DNA of 39,193 nucleotides from Thraustochytrium aureum (Eukaryota): NCBI GenBank assembly GCA_012862495.1, contig BLSG01000220.1, positions 22,931 to 62,123 of the forward strand, read 5' to 3'. Shown piece by piece: positions 33,569 to 39,193 of this stretch (position 1 is its first letter; each line of letters starts with the position of its first letter). The notes under the pieces were generated by a model. It saw only the letters and a program-made list of their open reading frames with translations, ran no database searches and was not told where the DNA came from. The position numbers and the translations under genes were made by a program.

Positions 33569-36500
33569 ATGATCACGATGCTGCGCGCACTCATCCTGGC
33601 CGTTGTCTTGGCGGCCTTGGCGACGGAAGCCGAAAGCAAGACATGGGCAAGGAAAAAGTACGACCACGGGGCTGGCGCGAGCGACCTTGTGTGGACTTCC
33701 AGCCACTCCAAACCGAACATGTGGATCAAGTACGAGACGGAAAATAACCACGACATCATCATTACGTTCTACGATGCCGCGAACAAAGTGATTGACACGA
33801 AACGGACGAACCAAGCGTTCGAGTTTGCAAAAGCTGGCGCCAAAAAATTACGGCTGACTGTGCGGCCTTCTGGACGGACACGGACGTTTGCCGTGGGTGG
33901 TACACCGTTTGGGATGCCGAGACAGCCGCGTGCTCGACATGGCAGCTCCGCACCCGCGAGGCGAGCAAGGGCGTGGACCGAATCTGTTCGAGTTGCCCAA
34001 CAAACAAGGTTTGCGACGGCAGCTCAAGCTCAAAGTGGTGTCCGGCGGGCCAACAACCTAACGAACGCCAGGACGCATGCGTTTCGTGCAGCCCCACCAC
34101 CCAAAAGCCCAGCGCGTCCGCTTTCGGCGGGGTCTGCGTGGCTTGCCCAGCTGGTCAAAAGCGTACGAGCGCGACACGCTGCGAACCCTGCCCAGCTGGC
34201 CAGTGGTCGCGCTCCGCGTCGACCTCGTGCACCGCTTGTGCCGCCGGATCGTGGTCCTTAGCACAATCCTCGACATGCACCCAGTGTCAACCAGGGCAGT
34301 TTGGCACCTCGCAGACGACTTCAATCAACCACTGCGTTGATTGCCCCCCTGGGCAATACCAGCCGCTGCCTGGGAAGACGAGTTGCGAACCGTGTTCTCA
34401 GAACAAAGTAGGTGGTCTATCAGTTTGCACCTCGTGCCCTCCGGGCTATACGTGCGCTCCGAACGCGGGTTCGGGCGAGATCGATCGGACTATCTGCCCG
34501 AAAGGGTCATTCTGCTTGGAAAACGTGAAGACCGCGTGCTCTGCTGGAACCTACCAGGATGAGCAGGGCCAGGCAAGTTGCAAAAAGGCGCCTCCGGGAA
34601 CCGCGGTGTCTGGGACCGGGGCGACATCCTCTACGGTGTGCCTCGCCGGCACGGCGCAAAGCGACTTTGGCAAGAGCTCATGCGGAAAATGCTCGCTGAC
34701 GAACGCGTTTGGGACCGCCGCCGGCCAATCTTCGTGCAGATCGTGCCCGACCGGGACCACAGGAAACGATGCCGACAGCACGACGTGCAACAAGTGCCCA
34801 CCCGGCCAGTCCACTAGCGGTGCAAACCCAGCGGTGTGCACGGACCTGGAAAACGACGGCCTTGCACTAATCTGGAACGCCTCCAGTGGCCGTTGCAACG
34901 CAAACCCCAGCCTCCCTGCGATGCACGCCTTTGTGACCACCATCCTGAACGCCACCGCCGAGGAGGACCTGGACGAGACCGTGGAGATTCTTGCCGAGTG
35001 CACTGAAGAGCTCGTTGCGGAAATCCGCGCGGGGTCGAAGAGTCGCTACGCAGAGAAGTTTTTCTCGGCCGAGTTGGCTGAAATGCGCGCCAGCTTGGAC
35101 AGCTTGCGCTTGGCGACCCCAACGAACAACAAGGAGCGCCAAAGTGTGCTGGCCCAACTCTCGGCGGCGTGGCGCCTCGTGCCGGGGGGGGATCGCTGCG
35201 ACGCTCTTGGCACCGTACGTTTCGTCCTCGTTGGAGACAAGAAGATCCTTACCGTGTGCGAAGTCATTGGCGAGACCCGGAACGGTAAAAGGGTGCGGTT
35301 CGTTGGGGCGCGTCAAAACGAGCAATACACATTTTATCACGCCTCATATGCGATCGACGGAGACCGCAACGCCTACTTTACAAGTGGGTCGCCAACTTCG
35401 TGCACGCACACGCCCGAAGGGCCAAGCCCTTGGCTCGAGCTGCAGTACGTGCGCGACAGGGCTGATCCGATCCAGACCCTCGAGATTTATACGCGAGAAG
35501 GTGTCGTCGCTTGGCGCACGTCAGGGACCCACGTTTTCGTCGACGACGTCAAAGTCGGGATCCTTGACGCCGGTGACCATCACATCCTTGTGATGCCGCA
35601 CTTGCAGACGCAGCCGTGCAGCGGTTCAAAAGAGGCGCGCTCCCTCGTGCTCCCTCCGCATCCTCAGCTCTCCATGGACGCCACGTTCAAGGCCGGCCTC
35701 GGCCCTATACAGGCCCTGGACATGGAGCGCTACCTGCNNNNNNNNNNNNNNNNNNNNNNNNNNNNNNNNNNNNNNNNNNNNNNNNNNNNNNNNNNNNNNN
35801 NNNNNNNNNNNNNNNNNNNNNNNNNNNNNNNNNNNNNNNNNNNNNNNNNNNNNNNNNNNNNNNNNNNNNNNNNNNNNNNNNNNNNNNNNNNNNNNNNNNN
35901 NNNNNNNNNNNNNNNNNNNNNNNNNNNNNNNNNNNNNNNNNNNNNNNNNNNNNNNNNNNNNNNNNNNNNNNNNNNNNNNNNNNNNNNNNNNNNNNNNNNN
36001 NNNNNNNNNNNNNNNNNNNNNNNNNNNNNNNNNNNNNNNNNNNNNNNNNNNNNNNNNNNNNNNNNNNNNNNNNNNNNNNNNNNNNNNNNNNNNNNNNNNN
36101 NNCACCGTGCAGGGTTTGCGGTCCTCGAAGGCAAGACAAGCCCCTACCTCCAGATTGCACTTGGGCTGAGCCCGACGCTGGACAGACTCGCCCGCGAGGT
36201 TTCCATGGCCAACGAGGGGGTTTTGCAGAGTCTAGACCGCGTTTCTCGCGTCTGCCGCGGCACTGGCTGCCCTGGCAACCTGGAGCGCATAAAGAGCGAT
36301 CTGGACACGTCGCAGATCCTCGAGAAGCTCAACAGAAACTACGCGCTTCTGAGCACCGCCGTTTTCGACTCGTGGGCGGCTTTGAGCGCGCAGATCAGCA
36401 GCGGGTTTGAGCAGACGCAGATCAACATTGCTGCGCTTGGCGAGCTCGTCACCAATGTCAACGCTCAAGTGAGCAAGGAGCAGGCTGTCCAATTTGGCAG

Positions 36501-39003
36501 TCTTGCCGAGGGCCTGGGCAGAGACGCCGGTGGGCGCAAAGAAGTGACGGACCTCCAAGTCGCTGATGGCCAAGACAAACTCAACGGCATCTTGGTGCGC
36601 ATCTTCGCCGACAACGCGAGCTTCGCCGAGCTTTACGAGGAGTTGGTGGAAAACTCGGGCCGTCTCAATGTGACAACAGGCGAGTTTTACGAGTGCCGCA
36701 AGCAGGAGGCACTTGCACAGCTAGCTCGCAATCGCGTCACCGCCGTTTTCGACATCATAGTCGGCGCATTTTCCATGGCGGGCGAGATCGGCGCCTTTGT
36801 GTTTTCCGGAGGCGCATCGTCGCTCAAGAAAGCCGCCGTCAAAACCGGCGCAAAGTTGGGACAGCACGCATCGCAGGCGAAGAAGCTCCTCGGGTCCAAG
36901 TTCAAGCGTAGCAAGCGCCGCGGCAAGGCCACGAGCAGCGAAGAAAAGTACTCGTTCGACGACTTTACCAAGGACTTTGGCGATGACATGCCCGCTCTGA
37001 CCGATGAGCAAGTCGGCATCATCCGTGACGGCATTGAGAGCGGCATCGATTTCTTCAGCAACCCGGCGCTGCAGAGCGTCGAGGGTTGGGTCACCTTTGT
37101 GCAGGGTAGCCTTGGAACGCTGGGCTCGCTTGGTGTACCCGGCATGGACGGTGCCGCACAGATGCTCGGCGGCATATACGCGCTCATTGACGAGGCCGCA
37201 CAGCGCAAGGGGATTGAGGATGCGGCGAATGCTGGCCTTGCGGCCGCCGACGAGGCCTTTGACGATCTCGCCTCTGCAGTGACTGAGCTTGCCGAGGTGT
37301 CGGCGTTCCTCCTGCTCGAAGTGTACGACATTATGTCCTCTGAGGAACCCCCCGCAGGCGTGTCCAACATCGAGTCGACCTCGCGCTCGCTTTGGCGCGA
37401 CGTTCAAACGCGCGTTGTGTACTTTTTCAAGACCTCAGAAATGTACGCCGACTTTACCGACGCGGTGACGGGGCGCCGCCTTTCGATTGAGGTAGCTGCG
37501 CCTGCCCGTGCGCTTCCCTCCGCAGCGATGATGCACCTTCGCGCCGCAGCGCAGGGCGACCGGGCTGCTCCCCAGGCCGGCGTGCAGCTCCAGCGCGCGC
37601 TCAACGAGAAGGAGGGCTGTGACAAGGTCGTTTCCCTGGCACAGCGCGGGCTGGCAGAGATGGAGGAGTATCTCGTCATCCTCGACCGCGTTGTTCATTT
37701 TGGCGAGACCATGCACGATAGCATGGTCGAGCTCGTGCAGACGTCGCGCGATCTGCGCGTCGCGAGACTCGAGTCCAAAATCAACGGCGAGAGCGAGGCG
37801 CGTTGGGTCGACGCCGCAAACCGGATCAAGACTGCTGCTGCAGCGTCGAACGGCGCCATCGGCGATTTCTTCCTCGACTTTAAGGACGTCATGGACCAGT
37901 TCCAGCTCGCCGTGCCTGAACTAATGGTGCACAAGGGGGCTGCGGTGGCAGAGCGCGTTGAAACGCTCCTCTCGGAAGGCGATGATGGCGTTGTGCACGC
38001 CTCGTGCGCCCAGGCCTGGTATCAAGCCCTCGAACTCCCAGCCTCGTGCAACAGCAACCTAGCCAAGGTGTTTTCTGCGACCAATCCAGAGGACGGCCTC
38101 GGCGCGTTCATCAACACAGTCAAGGCGGACGTCTCGCGGACGATTCTCAACGCCCCGGTTCCAGGCGACGACTGGATCCGCTTTCCAGTTCTCTCTGCGC
38201 TGGAGATTGCCGCATTGGCTGGCAACGGGTCGCTATCGTCCGAGACGGTCGTGACACTCGACCTGACACGACGCATTGGTACCGAGTGCGGTACTCGCGC
38301 CGAAGTCCTGGCCTTTACTGCCGTGCTCGAGGACTTGGCTGACCAAGGAAAGCCAGTCATCCTGAGCGAGTGGTTTGGAGACGCGCCTACATTCGTGCCC
38401 ATCGACATTCAGCCCCGGGGCCCTTTCATAAAAATCGACGACGAGGGTCGGCGCCACTCGTTTCGCATTGCTGACGTCCAGGACCCAGCTGGCCAGGGGA
38501 CCATCGTTACGCCGCTCTCGTGCTCTGAGGCTAGTGAAGAGGAGTTTGTTGGGACTCGGTTGCCGAGCAAGCTGCGGCTGTGCATCAAGAAGCCGCGCGT
38601 CGAGCTGGACCCCACGCCTCTCCTGGCCAAGTACGACATCACGCTCGGCCCTTATGCCAAGGTCATAGAGTCTCGCCTTGACTCGGCATATCTCCAGCTC
38701 GCCCTGTACGTCAAGGTCGCCGCCAAGAACGTCAAGGCAAGCTGTCAGGTTCCTGACTCGTTAGGCTTTGCCACTGGTGGTGGTGATGGAGATAGCTCAG
38801 AGGGAGAGGGTACCGGAGAGGGCACGAGTCCCAATGACGACGCAAGCGGCCTGGCTTCTGGTGCGATTGCTGGGATTGGAATTTCTGCTGCGCTCGTGGT
38901 TGTTGGGGCAGTTGCGGCCGTTGTTTTGAGGAGAAAACGCCGCAACACCGCAACCGGTTCAGGCGACCCGGTCGCCGAAGTCGCCATCCACGCAAAGCTC
39001 TAG
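33569..39003 (+). CDS. Giant type-I membrane protein B (~1800 aa, one -1 frame change and one gap): signal peptide, CUB-like domain, GCC2/GCC3 (ephrin-receptor-like) Cys-rich repeats, F-type-lectin/F5-8C domain, long helical core, beta-rich domain, TM anchor
   Basis: Signal peptide MITMLRALILAVVLAALATEA and CUB-like YETENNHDIIITFYD...FWTDTDVCRGW. Many CxxCPxGQ/T repeats follow, then fucolectin-like ASYAIDGD...CTHT...PWLEL...IYTR and the TM helix GAIAGIGISAALVVVGAVAAVVL-RRKRR. A frame change is required between 33796 and ~33900. Confidence 0.8.
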
Positions 39004-39193
39004 ACCTAGCACGCAAGTAGTTTCCTGTTGTGTTTGACCCGGCGTTGTGAGCCCCTAGGCCAGGCGCGGCGCTCAACAAGTGATTTGCGGAGCACTGAGT
39101 CCGACATTCCACGTCGAACTCGTGCTTCGCCGCAGCCAACGCACTTGAGATTTTCGACAAGAGAGCTCCCAGCCGGGAACGCCCCTCGCTGTG

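Noticed and set aside
38992..39003. C-terminal AKL as a peroxisomal PTS1 signal
   Set aside because: The protein has a signal peptide and a type-I TM anchor, so matrix import is implausible.
1..39193. Prokaryotic operon, defence island, tRNA or rRNA genes
   Set aside because: Spliceosomal introns and eukaryotic gene families are present. No cloverleaf, rRNA-like or transposase/RT/integrase motifs were recognised by eye.

Overview
This is GC-rich, gene-dense eukaryotic DNA with few, short GT-AG introns. It is probably from a stramenopile protist such as a labyrinthulomycete/thraustochytrid (inferred from the gene mix; not proven). Nine N-gaps interrupt it: 3893-4028, 7348-7660, 9917-10087, 12445-12699, 25968-26695, 28763-28962, 30608-30822, 33223-33383 and 35738-36101. 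Recognisable genes are an alpha/beta hydrolase (5'-partial), a DCR2/PAP-type metallophosphoesterase (1 intron), an ER membrane thioredoxin (2 introns), 7-dehydrocholesterol reductase (1 intron), a WS/DGAT acyltransferase, an AP2-domain transcription factor, WD40 and LRR coding blocks, and a PhyH-like Fe(II)/2OG dioxygenase with a long Ser/Asn tract. The most notable feature is a pair of giant (~1800-1900 aa) type-I membrane proteins at 10987-16694 and 33569-39003. Their N-terminal adhesion/lectin modules differ, but both continue into a long helical core with RRL motifs, a beta-rich C-terminal domain and a membrane anchor. By inference they may be surface-tethered, proteolytically matured toxin-like or membrane-acting proteins. 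Several genes need -1 frame changes at homopolymer runs, most likely from assembly errors. No rRNA, tRNA, CRISPR array or intact transposon was seen.
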